NCBI GenBank assembly: GCA_964647905.1
Contig: CAZYJR010000019.1
Location: 928-64,927 of the forward strand
From: an uncultured Desulfobacterales bacterium
GTDB lineage: Bacteria; Desulfobacterota; DSM-4660; Desulfatiglandales; HGW-15
Direction: 5' to 3'
Length of the DNA stretch: 64,000 nt
Position 1 is the stretch's first letter; each line of letters begins with the position of its first letter. A model generated the notes under the pieces. It was not told the origin of the DNA, made no database searches, and was given only the letters and a program-made list of their open reading frames with translations. Below, piece by piece: positions 34,896 through 43,849 of this stretch. The position numbers and the translations under genes are program-made.

Positions 34896-35693
34896 TCAGG
34901 GGAGCAGTGCGGCGTACTCCTCCTTCTCGGAGGCCCCCATACGAACCGGCCAGGAGTCTTCCAAGCCCAGCAGATCCTGGAGCTCCTTCCCGGCATCCGC
35001 CGCCTGTTCCCGGCTGTTGAAAAAACCCACCCTCAGGCGCATCCACTCCTTCCCTTCAACCGTGGCCCTGCTGATGTAGACCGGATAGCCGTTTTCTAGG
35101 AGCTTGACCGCGGGCCCCTCGATTGGATCGAGAGAGGGCGAGGAGATGACGTTCACCACCCAGTCTCCACCCGGCGCGCGCTCCCCCGTGTCCTCATCCC
35201 CGGGAGGCGAAAGGCAGAGCCTCAGCCCCGAAGGCAGGGGCCGGTGAGGGAGCCCCGCATCCATGGGTACACCCCGGAGCCTCTCCCGGTTCACCTGGAA
35301 TAAGAGCGGCCACTTCAAGGGGTCTCCGTACACTTCCTCTCTCGCGGCGATGGAAGCGAGTGTCTCCCCCTCCTCCACCTCGTATGCTCCGGGCGGAACC
35401 CGATCCTCCCCGGCATCCGCCGGCTCTCCCACCGCCACCCCGGCAAGCGGCTCCTCCCCAAGGGAGATATCAGCCTTGCCGGGCGAGCTCACACCCGCGA
35501 TCCCTTGCACCGGCGCCGCGGCCCGCTCCTTGACCGCCGGGGCCTTTTCCCCGGCCCGGCGGGGCTCGGGTATGGGCTTGACCACCCGGACCTCGGCGTC
35601 TTCTCCGCCTCTTGGCGGGGATTCCTCGCCCGAGCAACCCCAGATCCACATAAGAGACAACAACACCACTGCAGGAACAGCCCGAAGCCTCAT
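34896..35693 (-). CDS. lipoprotein with LysM and SPOR domains
   Basis: MRLRAVPAVVLLSLMWIWGC carries a lipobox. It also has a LysM-like segment YEVEEGETLASIAAREEVYGDPLKWPLLFQVN and a C-terminal SPOR-like segment ..VYISRATVEGKEWMRLRVGFFNSREQA... Confidence 0.7.
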   Translation of the reverse strand: MRLRAVPAVVLLSLMWIWGCSGEESPPRGGEDAEVRVVKPIPEPRRAGEKAPAVKERAAAPVQGIAGVSSPGKADISLGEEPLAGVAVGEPADAGEDRVPPGAYEVEEGETLASIAAREEVYGDPLKWPLLFQVNRERLRGVPMDAGLPHRPLPSGLRLCLSPPGDEDTGERAPGGDWVVNVISSPSLDPIEGPAVKLLENGYPVYISRATVEGKEWMRLRVGFFNSREQAADAGKELQDLLGLEDSWPVRMGASEKEEYAALLP

Positions 35694-35887
35694 AAATATC
35701 CCCTGAAAACGCCGGTACCATTTAATCGCAAAACCGAACGCTTGACAACATAAAACCTCCATGACGGCACCGGTTCCCGGCATGGAGCCCGGGGGGTTTG
35801 TCCTTGACACCATGGGTCGGTTTTACCACTATGCATTCATCCCGTTCCCCCGGGATGCGGGTATTCGCGGACTGTGGAGGATGAACC

Positions 35888-37174
35888 ATGAACGTCCTTA
35901 TTGTGGGAGGAGGAGGGCGGGAGCACGCCCTTGCTTGGAAGGCGGCCCGCTCGGGACACGCAGACAAGGTATTTGTCGCCCCGGGCAACGCCGGGACCGC
36001 CCGTGAACAGGGGGTGGAAAACGCCCCCATAGGTGCGTCCGGCATCAAGGACCTCATCGGCTTCGCCGCCTCTCACCAGGTGGGGCTCGCCATAGTGGGT
36101 CCGGAAGCGCCCCTTGTAGCGGGCATAGTGGACGCCTTCGAGCATGCCGGGCTTCCATGCCTGGGGCCTTCCAGGGCGGCCTCCCGGCTGGAAGGCTCAA
36201 AGGCGTTCGCCAAGGACTTCATGAGCCGCCACGGCATCCCTACGGCCTCCTACGCCACCTTCCAGGACTTGGACTCGGCGTCCAGATACATAAGGGAGCA
36301 CGGGGCGCCGCTGGTCCTCAAGGCCGACGGCCTGGCGGCCGGCAAGGGCGTGATTCCGGCCCGGAGCGTGGATCAGGCCCTGGAGACCGCCGAGGCCATG
36401 CTCTCGGGGAGGGCCTTCGGGAGCGCCGGGCGGAAGCTGGTCGTGGAGGAGCTCTTGACCGGTGAAGAAGCGAGCTTCATCGTCATGGTGGACGGCGAGC
36501 ATATCCTGCCCCTGGCCACCAGCCAGGATCACAAGGCCAGGGACGACGGAGACACCGGGCCGAACACAGGGGGCATGGGGGCATACTCCCCCGCACCGGT
36601 GGTTACCCCTGACCTCTTCGCCCGCATCATGAAAGAGGTGATCGAACCGACTGTCCGGGGAATGGCCGAAGAAGGGACCCCTTACCGGGGATTCCTGTAT
36701 GCCGGTCTCATGGTGGGCGAAGACGGGCGACCCAGGGTACTGGAGTTCAACTGCCGCTTCGGCGACCCGGAGGCGCAGCCCATCATGCTGAGGCTGCGCT
36801 CCGACTTGGTGGAGCTTTGCCTGGCCGGCCTGGAGAGCACCCTGCACCGTTGCCGGGCGGACTGGGAGGAACGGGCCTCATTGGGCGTGGTGATGGCCGC
36901 CGGCGGCTACCCGGAGTCATATCGCAAGGGAGACCCTATAACCGGACTTCTCGATCCCGAGCCCGAGGGGATCAAGGTGTTCCACGCGGGAACCGCGCTC
37001 CGCGAGGGACGGGTGGTAACGGACGGAGGCAGGGTGTTGTGCGTGACCGCCCTGGGCGATACGGTGAGAGACGCCCAGGCAAGGGCCTATGAGCAGGTGG
37101 GCCGGATCACCTGGCCCGGGGCCTATTACAGGACCGATATAGGCCACAGGGCCCTGGCCCGGGAGCGCCGGTGA
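35888..37174 (+). CDS. purD: phosphoribosylamine-glycine ligase
   Basis: MNVLIVGGGGREHALAWK.. and ATP-grasp motifs throughout. 428 aa. Confidence 0.9.
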   Translation: MNVLIVGGGGREHALAWKAARSGHADKVFVAPGNAGTAREQGVENAPIGASGIKDLIGFAASHQVGLAIVGPEAPLVAGIVDAFEHAGLPCLGPSRAASRLEGSKAFAKDFMSRHGIPTASYATFQDLDSASRYIREHGAPLVLKADGLAAGKGVIPARSVDQALETAEAMLSGRAFGSAGRKLVVEELLTGEEASFIVMVDGEHILPLATSQDHKARDDGDTGPNTGGMGAYSPAPVVTPDLFARIMKEVIEPTVRGMAEEGTPYRGFLYAGLMVGEDGRPRVLEFNCRFGDPEAQPIMLRLRSDLVELCLAGLESTLHRCRADWEERASLGVVMAAGGYPESYRKGDPITGLLDPEPEGIKVFHAGTALREGRVVTDGGRVLCVTALGDTVRDAQARAYEQVGRITWPGAYYRTDIGHRALARERR

Positions 37175-37196
37175 TAGGGAGACGGCCCCGCTCTCC

Positions 37197-38492
37197 TCAT
37201 TCTCTTACAGGCTGGTTGAAGTAGCCCAGAGTAAGGCCGGGAAAGGCCTGCTTGAGCCGTTCAGCCACCCGGTGCATACCCATACCGGGAGATCCATCCT
37301 CGGGCAGGGCCTTCAAATAGTGAACCGGATCTATGCACAGGTTCTTCAGGTGAATGAACCGGACGCCGGTTCGAGCAACCAGGTCCAGGAGCGCCTCGAA
37401 CTCGGCTTCACGGTCAGATACTCCCGGGAAAACAAGGTAGTTGAGCATGGTGTAGACCCCTATGGACCCGGCGCGCATCAGGGCCTCCACCACGTCTTCG
37501 AACCCGTATCCCGCAGGCCTGTAGTATGCCTCGTACACCTCGCGCCGCGCACTGTTGAGGCTTATCCTGACCGAGTCAAGGCCGCTTTCCATCACCTCTT
37601 CAAGGGCCCCGGGCATGCCGCCGTTGGTGTTCATGTTTATGGTCCCCCGCCCGGTCTTGCTCCTGATCCCCCGAATGCTCCGGGCTATCAGGTCGTGCTC
37701 GGTAAGCGGCTCCCCTTCGCAGCCCTGCCCGAAGCTCACTATTGATCGAGGAGCGCCCTCCAGATGACGAACCGCCGGGGAGACCACTTCTGAGAGAGAG
37801 GGGGTGAAGGCGATCCGCCGGTGCGAGGCAGGGCAGCCGTCCTCCGGTTGAAGCGAGAGGCAGCCCAGGCAGGCGGCGTTGCATGCCCGGCTGACGGGAA
37901 GAGGGGCCTCCCAGCGGCCCAGAAATAGGTTCTTCGCCGCAAAGCAGTGGTTGACTGTGGCGCAGCGCGCAAGGTGCTCGATCAGCCTCCCCGAGCCGTT
38001 TTCTGATCGGTATGCCCGAATGGCGCGCACCAGGTCCCTGTCGTCGTAATTGCGGGGATCCCAGCGGGGGTTGCTCTCCACGCGATACCCTGCCGCCCAA
38101 TAACGCCCCTCGAGGTAGCCTACGGCCGTGTAGGCCCACGAGGGAAGCACATAGTCCTTGGCCAAATAGTCCGCCGCCGGCAGATGCGTCCTCACAAAAC
38201 CTGGCTCCAGGAAGGCCGCCACCGCATGGATCGGCTCCGTTCGCCCGCCCACGGGTCCTTCCTCCAAGACCTCGTGGCGTCCGGTGGCCGGGTCCACACC
38301 CACCGGGGGGCAGTCCGGCATGTAAAACAGCTTGCTGAATGCCGGGACATGAACCAGGGAGCGGCGGGCGATCGGTGCGGGGTCCAGGCCATGGAACCCG
38401 GCCATTCGGAGGCGGGGGTGGTCATAGATCCTGCCCCGGCGGTCCGCGTAAAGCATATGCGGCAGTTCCCGTAGAGTCTCCGGCGCCTCCAT
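37197..38492 (-). CDS. radical SAM protein with a ~210-aa N-terminal domain of unknown function
   Basis: The CxxxCxxC cluster (SRACNAACLGC) is placed unusually deep in the protein. A ..GQGCEGEPL.. GGE-like motif follows. The start is uncertain: ATG 38492 or 38456. Track start 38723 would overlap the divergent kinase gene. Confidence 0.65.
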   Translation of the reverse strand: MEAPETLRELPHMLYADRRGRIYDHPRLRMAGFHGLDPAPIARRSLVHVPAFSKLFYMPDCPPVGVDPATGRHEVLEEGPVGGRTEPIHAVAAFLEPGFVRTHLPAADYLAKDYVLPSWAYTAVGYLEGRYWAAGYRVESNPRWDPRNYDDRDLVRAIRAYRSENGSGRLIEHLARCATVNHCFAAKNLFLGRWEAPLPVSRACNAACLGCLSLQPEDGCPASHRRIAFTPSLSEVVSPAVRHLEGAPRSIVSFGQGCEGEPLTEHDLIARSIRGIRSKTGRGTINMNTNGGMPGALEEVMESGLDSVRISLNSARREVYEAYYRPAGYGFEDVVEALMRAGSIGVYTMLNYLVFPGVSDREAEFEALLDLVARTGVRFIHLKNLCIDPVHYLKALPEDGSPGMGMHRVAERLKQAFPGLTLGYFNQPVRE

Positions 38493-38677
38493 CCTCTGTC
38501 TTCCGACCTCCTGCAAGGCCTCCTCCTTCAAGTGCGCCCCGGGATGGGGCAACACGGCCTGGAACTCCCATTCCCATGGTGGTATGCTTTGCGTGATTGC
38601 TGTCTCGGCCTCTGCCTGCACGGCAACGCCGACTCCACCGATAGACCGAGAGCGCCTCAGACACAGGACTATAAAGG

Positions 38678-40186
38678 ATGACAATACCCGTGTCCACATC
38701 CAGGTTATCCGAAAGCCGCCCACACCGTCCCCGGCAGCCCGGGGCCGGCCAACAGACGCGAAAGCCCGAGGCCAAGCAGTTCCGGCTGGTCAAGTTCTTC
38801 GCCTGGGCCAGCTTCATAGTCCTCCTGCTCTTCAGCTTTCCTTTCTCCCTGGCCATATCCCAGAAGGCCAAGGAAATCCTGTTGCGGAGCTACGAGAACT
38901 ACGCCCTCCTGGTGGGACAAAACCTGAACCACCAGGTCTTTCAAAACTTCGCTGTCCCGGTGATAAGGAGGTACGGCAGGATCAAGCTCCGGGAGGAAGA
39001 GCAACAGGAGCTCATGGATAAGATCGTACGCAACACCATCCACGGATTCAAGGTGGACCTGGTGAACATCTACGATATAAGCAAGGGAGTGATCGCCTAC
39101 AGCACTGACCCGCAGCTGATCGGCAGACAGGTGACCAAGACCCCGGGATATGAAAAGGCGGTTCAGGGAGAGCGCTCCTCGGGCCTGATCTCCGAGAACG
39201 ACGACCTCTGGGGCCTTGACCTTGGGATGATGGGCGGCGAGAAAAAGCTCAGGACCTACATCCCGTTTCGGGGGCCGGATCCGTACACGGGGCGCGTCAG
39301 TTACGTGGCCGGGGTCTTCGAGGTGATCCAGGACATGAGCGAGCCTTACGAGTCCATCGTAAGGTTCCAATACCTGGTCTTCGGGCTCTCCATCCTTATC
39401 ATGGGCGCCATCTTCGTGGCGCTGCTGCTCATCGTGAGAAAGGCGGAGACGGTCATAGAAGAAAGGGCCAAGGAGCAGAGGGAGCTCGAGTCCCAGCTCC
39501 ACCAGGCCGAGCGGCTGGCCGCCCTCGGGGAGATGGTGGCCGGCGTCTCCCATGAGATAAAGAACCCACTGGGGATCATTCAGAGCACGGCCGAGCTGCT
39601 TGCCGGGGCCCCTGATGCGGACGAGACCCAGAAGAGGCTCTCAGCGGTCATCAGGGAGGAATCCGCCAGGCTGAACGGTATCGTGACCGAATTCCTGGAC
39701 TTTGCAAGGCCCCAGACGCCCAACCTGCGCGAGACCATGCTGGACGATATCATCAAGAGAAATATCTCCTTCCTCCGCCCGGAGCTGGAGAAAAAGGGAA
39801 TATCCGTGGAGCACAATCTGGACGGCAGACCCCTGGCCCTCCGGGCGGACCCCGACCTGCTCTACAGGGTCTTCCTGAACATCTTCATAAACGCTCTGCA
39901 GGCCATGGAAGGGGGCGGGACCATACGCCTTACGGCCGGGGAGGATCAAGAGGCCTTCACCGTGGAAATCCGGGACACCGGGCCGGGCATTTCCGAGGAG
40001 AACCTCCCCAAGCTCTTCAACCCCTTCTTCACCACCAAGGAGAAAGGCACGGGGCTCGGCCTGTCCATAGTCAAGAAGCTCGTCGAGGCCCATAACGGCG
40101 GGATCGAGGTGGCCAGCGCCCTGGATGAGGGCACCAGGGTTATGCTATATTTGCCCAAGGACCCCGAGTCAAGAGCCAAGGGATAG
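38678..40186 (+). CDS. sensor histidine kinase (two TM segments, ~200-aa extracytoplasmic domain, HisKA + HATPase_c)
   Basis: TM1 FFAWASFIVLLLFSFPFSLAI and TM2 YLVFGLSILIMGAIFVALLLIV. H-box SHEIKNPLG, N-box NIFINALQAM, G-boxes DTGPGI and GTGLGLS. Confidence 0.85.
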   Translation: MTIPVSTSRLSESRPHRPRQPGAGQQTRKPEAKQFRLVKFFAWASFIVLLLFSFPFSLAISQKAKEILLRSYENYALLVGQNLNHQVFQNFAVPVIRRYGRIKLREEEQQELMDKIVRNTIHGFKVDLVNIYDISKGVIAYSTDPQLIGRQVTKTPGYEKAVQGERSSGLISENDDLWGLDLGMMGGEKKLRTYIPFRGPDPYTGRVSYVAGVFEVIQDMSEPYESIVRFQYLVFGLSILIMGAIFVALLLIVRKAETVIEERAKEQRELESQLHQAERLAALGEMVAGVSHEIKNPLGIIQSTAELLAGAPDADETQKRLSAVIREESARLNGIVTEFLDFARPQTPNLRETMLDDIIKRNISFLRPELEKKGISVEHNLDGRPLALRADPDLLYRVFLNIFINALQAMEGGGTIRLTAGEDQEAFTVEIRDTGPGISEENLPKLFNPFFTTKEKGTGLGLSIVKKLVEAHNGGIEVASALDEGTRVMLYLPKDPESRAKG

Positions 40187-40188
40187 TT

Positions 40189-41553
40189 ATGGATACCATA
40201 CTGATAGTGGACGATGAGAAAAATTACCTGGTGGTGCTTGAGGCCCTTCTGGGGCCGGAGGGCTATGAGATATTGACAGCCGGGACCGGGCGGGAGGCGC
40301 TGCACCACATAAGGGAATCCGACGTGGACCTGGTTATTACGGATATGAAGATGCCGGGAATAAGCGGGATGGAGCTCTTGGAAGAGGCCAAGAAGATCAA
40401 GCCGGATCTCCCGGTGATAATGATGACCGCCTACGGGACCATTGAGATGGCGGTCGAAGCCATGAAGAAACAAGCGTTTGATTACATAACAAAGCCCTTC
40501 CAAAACGAGGAGCTCAAGCTGACCGTCAGAAAGGCCCTGGAGAATTACCGCCTGATAAGGGAGAACCAGCGGTTGAGCGAGGAGCTCCTCTCCAGGTACC
40601 GCTACGGCAACATAATCGGCAAGAGCAAGCCCATGAGGCAGGTCTTTGACCTGATCTCCAAGGTCTCTCAGTCCAAGGCCTCGGTAATGATAACCGGGCC
40701 CTCGGGTACGGGCAAGGAGCTGATAGCCAAGGCCATTCACTACAACAGCCCCAGGAGCGGGTATCCCTTTGTGTCCATCAACTGCGGCGCTCTCACCGAG
40801 ACCCTCCTGGAGAGCGAGCTTTTCGGACACGAAAGAGGGGCCTTCACCGGGGCCACATCCATGAAAAAGGGACGCTTCGAGATGGCCGACGGAGGCACCT
40901 TGTTTCTGGATGAAGTCGGCGACATGCCTCAATCGCTGCAGGTCAAGCTGCTGAGGGTCCTCCAGGAGATGGAATTCGAACGGGTGGGGGGGACCCGCAC
41001 CATGAAGGTCGATGTGAGGGTCCTTTCGGCCTCCAATCGAAACATCAAGGAGGACGTGGCCAGGGAGGCCTTCCGTGAGGACCTCTTCTACAGGCTGAAC
41101 GTGATCCATATAGAGGTCCCGCCGCTGGCCGAACGCACCGACGATATAAAGCTGCTGGTGAATCACTTCATAGAGAAATACACCCGGGATGAAAACAGGC
41201 CGTCCGTGGAATTGAGCCCTGATGCCTGGAAGGCCATTTACCAATACCACTGGCCGGGGAATGTGCGTGAATTGGAAAACGTGATAGAGCGGGCGGTGGT
41301 GCTGAATACGGACGGCGTGATCAGGCCCGAGGACCTCCCCCACGAGATCACCCGGGAGCACGCGGAGCTCCCTGTGGAGCGCTTCATACCGCTGGACGCC
41401 CCCCTGCAGGGGACACTGGAGCAGGTGGAAGAGAAGCTCATCCGGAGGGCCCTGCGCCACTGCGAGAATGTACAGGCACACGCAGCGGCCATGCTGGGGA
41501 TAACCAAGAGCTTGATGCAGCACAAGATGAAGAAGTACAACATCACAGTGTGA
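40189..41553 (+). CDS. sigma54-dependent response regulator (REC-AAA+-Fis HTH; NtrC/AtoC class enhancer-binding protein)
   Basis: REC domain (ILIVDDE..DLVITDMKMPG), Walker A GPSGTGKE, the sigma54-contact GAFTGA motif (ERGAFTGA), and a C-terminal HTH ..NVQAHAAAMLGITKSLMQHKMKKY... It starts 3 nt after the kinase stop. Confidence 0.9.
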   Translation: MDTILIVDDEKNYLVVLEALLGPEGYEILTAGTGREALHHIRESDVDLVITDMKMPGISGMELLEEAKKIKPDLPVIMMTAYGTIEMAVEAMKKQAFDYITKPFQNEELKLTVRKALENYRLIRENQRLSEELLSRYRYGNIIGKSKPMRQVFDLISKVSQSKASVMITGPSGTGKELIAKAIHYNSPRSGYPFVSINCGALTETLLESELFGHERGAFTGATSMKKGRFEMADGGTLFLDEVGDMPQSLQVKLLRVLQEMEFERVGGTRTMKVDVRVLSASNRNIKEDVAREAFREDLFYRLNVIHIEVPPLAERTDDIKLLVNHFIEKYTRDENRPSVELSPDAWKAIYQYHWPGNVRELENVIERAVVLNTDGVIRPEDLPHEITREHAELPVERFIPLDAPLQGTLEQVEEKLIRRALRHCENVQAHAAAMLGITKSLMQHKMKKYNITV

Positions 41554-41634
41554 GGGGTTTAAGATTTTGAACCTGGTAGTTCCTTATGCTTATCAGCGTG
41601 TTAGGCCGGTTACCGCACCGGGGCGATCCATTGC

Positions 41635-41652
41635 GGTACAAACTATTGTACC
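41635..41652. promoter_or_regulatory. perfect 7-4-7 inverted repeat GGTACAA-ACTA-TTGTACC (candidate enhancer/UAS for the adjacent EBP)
   Basis: Read directly from the sequence. The repeat centre lies ~110 bp upstream of the -24 element at 41753, a typical EBP-to-promoter distance. Confidence 0.45.
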
Positions 41653-41751
41653 CGCCGGCTTTGGCGGGCGGGAGCCGCTTTCGGGGGCGTTTACTCAAAA
41701 AGCCAGTAAAAAAGAGGTCTTGTGATCGAACTCCGGTCGGGGTGACCGGTT

Positions 41752-41767
41752 TGGCAAAGATGTTGCA
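41752..41767 (+). promoter_or_regulatory. sigma54 (-24/-12) promoter
   Basis: TGGCA-AAGATG-TTGCA has GG at 41753-41754 and GC at 41765-41766 in the exact consensus register (TGGCACG-N4-TTGCW). No protein-coding gene lies downstream on this strand. Confidence 0.6.
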
Positions 41768-41777
41768 GCACCGGAAG

Positions 41778-41845
41778 ATCAAACGGAAACGAACTCTTTC
41801 CTCCTAAAAGGAACCGACCCCACTCCCAGGGTCGGTTCTTTTTTT
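41778..41845 (+). ncRNA. candidate sigma54-dependent small RNA (~68 nt)
   Basis: It is bounded by the predicted TSS, ~12 nt after the -12 GC, and by a strong intrinsic terminator. The 5' ~33 nt (AUCAAACGGAAACGAACUCUUUCCUCCUAAAAG) has no ATG and contains an anti-SD-like UUUCCUCCU. Not checked against Rfam. Confidence 0.45.
41811..41845 (+). terminator. intrinsic terminator (also usable from the minus strand for era)
   Basis: GAACCGACCC-cactccca-GGGTCGGTTC forms a 10-bp perfect stem followed by T7 (41839-41845). On the minus strand the same stem is followed by CUUUUA, 12 nt after the era stop. Confidence 0.8.
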
Positions 41846-41856
41846 CCGGGGGGAGT

Positions 41857-42771
41857 TCAGTATCCGAGACGCCTCATGGCCTTGGCATCGCGGGTCCAGT
41901 TCTTCTCCACCCTGACGCTCAGGTCCAGGTAGACGCGGCTCCCGAACCTCTTCTCCAGGTCCTTTCGCGCCCTCTCTCCTATCCCCCGGACCATGGCCCC
42001 GCCCCTGCCCACCAGGATCTTCTTTTGAGAAGTATTCTCCACGTGAATCCAGGCCGAGATGTAGAGAGGCCGCCCCCCCCCTCGCTCTTCGATTTCGTCC
42101 ACCGTCACCGCCGTTGTGTAGGGCAGCTCCTGGCGCACCAGGGCATAGACCTTTTCCCTTATGATCTCGGCCGCCATGAACTCCTCGGTCTGGTCGGTGT
42201 CCATGTCCTCGGGGAACAAGGGCGGCCCCGGCCGGAGGCGCACTCGGATCTCCCCGAGCAGCAGGTCCAAACCATCCCCCTGAAGAGCTGAAACGGGAAT
42301 CAAGGCCTCGAAGGGGTAGCGCGCCGCATAGGAGTCCATAACGGGCAGGAGGACCTCCTTGGGCCTGGTGTCTATCTTGTTGATTATCAGTATTGCGGGT
42401 CGGCCGCTGCGCCTCAATCGGGAAAAAAGGGTCTCCATGTCCGGATGGTCGGGCCGGCCGGCCTCGACCATGACAGCCACCAGGTCCACTTCATCGAAGG
42501 CCTCCTGAGCCGAGGCCACCATGCTGCGATGAAGTGATGTCCGGGTCCGATGGATGCCCGGTGTATCCATGAAGACCACCTGGCAGCCCTCTTCGTGAAG
42601 GACCCCCAGGATACGGTTCCGCGTGGTCTGGGGCTTTGGGGATACAATGGCCACCTTCCGGCCGAGGATCCGGTTGAGGAGGGTGGACTTGCCCACATTG
42701 GGCGGTCCCACCAGAGCCACGAATCCCGCGCGGAACTCCACCTGTTCGCTGTTCCCGAGGCTTTGTTTCAT
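41857..42771 (-). CDS. era: GTPase Era
   Basis: ..GFVALVGPPNVGKSTLLN.. G1 motif, DTPG, NKID, and a C-terminal KH domain. The start is taken at MKQSLGN (ATG 42771). The track ORF's 82-aa extension is discarded. Confidence 0.9.
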   Translation of the reverse strand: MKQSLGNSEQVEFRAGFVALVGPPNVGKSTLLNRILGRKVAIVSPKPQTTRNRILGVLHEEGCQVVFMDTPGIHRTRTSLHRSMVASAQEAFDEVDLVAVMVEAGRPDHPDMETLFSRLRRSGRPAILIINKIDTRPKEVLLPVMDSYAARYPFEALIPVSALQGDGLDLLLGEIRVRLRPGPPLFPEDMDTDQTEEFMAAEIIREKVYALVRQELPYTTAVTVDEIEERGGGRPLYISAWIHVENTSQKKILVGRGGAMVRGIGERARKDLEKRFGSRVYLDLSVRVEKNWTRDAKAMRRLGY

Positions 42772-42796
42772 GTTCCGGACTTTCTCCCTCAAAAGG

Positions 42797-43849
42797 CTAT
42801 GACCCCGACCCGGGGGTCGTCTCCACTGCCGGTTGCCCCCGCTCCCTCCCCGGGTCGGGAATAATCTCCAATCGCTCGATCCCGGCCCTGCGCCTGAGCT
42901 CGGCCAGCCCCTGGTTGCGATACCCGCGGGCCAATGGGGCGTCGGACGGATGGACCAGCACATCCACCTTGGAGGCCTCTCCCGAGCGGGGAAGGAGTGA
43001 AGACACACGGTCTCCAAAGATTCTGGAGCGTACCAGGAAGCCCAGTGCGGGATGCCAAGGCCCGGCGACCATATCCCGGGTCGGATCCTCGGTTCCCGAG
43101 ACCAGGAGGCCTATCCTCACCACCGGGATTCCCCCGGCCTCCAGGGCGGCGCAAGCAAATGCGCAGCGATCAACCGCCTCTTGGAGCGTGAGCGGTCTGT
43201 AGCGGCCTTTACGGTACCAGGCGGAGAGGCGGGTGCCCCGGAAGACCACTGTGGGATAGAGCCTTGCCAGATCGGGGCGGAGGGCCTTGACCGACTTTAT
43301 GGTCTCCTGAAATCGTTCCTCGGTTTCTCCGGGCAGCCCGGGCATGAGCTGAACCCCCACCCGGAAACCCCCTTGCTTGAGCAGCCCCGCTGCGAGGCAT
43401 ACGTCTTCGGCGCGGTATCCCCTTCGACTGTGCTCCAAGACCTCATCGTCCATTGACTGGACACCCAGTTCAACGGTCCTGACGCCGAAGGAGCGCATCA
43501 ACTCCAGACGCCGGCTGTCCAAGGCGTCCGGGCGGGTGGAGACCCTTATGGAGCTAAATGCCCCATCCCCGATAAAGGCATGGGCCGCCTCCAGGAGCTC
43601 CCGCATCTTCTCCATGGGAAGGCCGGTGAACGTCCCCCCGTAGAATGCCACCTCGGCATTCCCGTCCGTCCTGAACCGTGGTGAGCCGAGCGCCCGGCGC
43701 AGGGCGGCTGCGACCTCGGCCCCGGTCAAAGGCCTTTCCTCCCTCCCCGTAACCAAGCCCTGGCTGCAGTAAACGCAGCGCCGGGGGCACCCCTGGTTGG
43801 GCACGAACAGCGGTACGATCAGGGAGTCTCTTTGTCGCGGGTCAGACAA
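42797..43849 (-). CDS. radical SAM protein (Elp3/MiaB/NifB-type core) located between rnc and era
   Basis: CxxxCxxC motif at NQGCPRRCVYCSQ, plus ..VAFYGGTFT.. and ..VELGVQSMDDEVL... 350 aa. Confidence 0.75.
   Translation of the reverse strand: MSDPRQRDSLIVPLFVPNQGCPRRCVYCSQGLVTGREERPLTGAEVAAALRRALGSPRFRTDGNAEVAFYGGTFTGLPMEKMRELLEAAHAFIGDGAFSSIRVSTRPDALDSRRLELMRSFGVRTVELGVQSMDDEVLEHSRRGYRAEDVCLAAGLLKQGGFRVGVQLMPGLPGETEERFQETIKSVKALRPDLARLYPTVVFRGTRLSAWYRKGRYRPLTLQEAVDRCAFACAALEAGGIPVVRIGLLVSGTEDPTRDMVAGPWHPALGFLVRSRIFGDRVSSLLPRSGEASKVDVLVHPSDAPLARGYRNQGLAELRRRAGIERLEIIPDPGRERGQPAVETTPGSGS

Noticed and set aside
39946-41523. 525-aa minus-strand ORF opposite the kinase 3' end and the whole sigma54 response regulator
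   Set aside because: Shadow ORF with no motifs. The plus strand encodes textbook REC/AAA+/HTH domains.
41586-41807. 73-aa plus-strand ORF in the EBP-era intergenic region
   Set aside because: No RBS, a Arg/Leu/Gly/Pro-rich low-complexity product, and it spans the palindrome and the sigma54 promoter. The region is better explained as regulatory plus sRNA.
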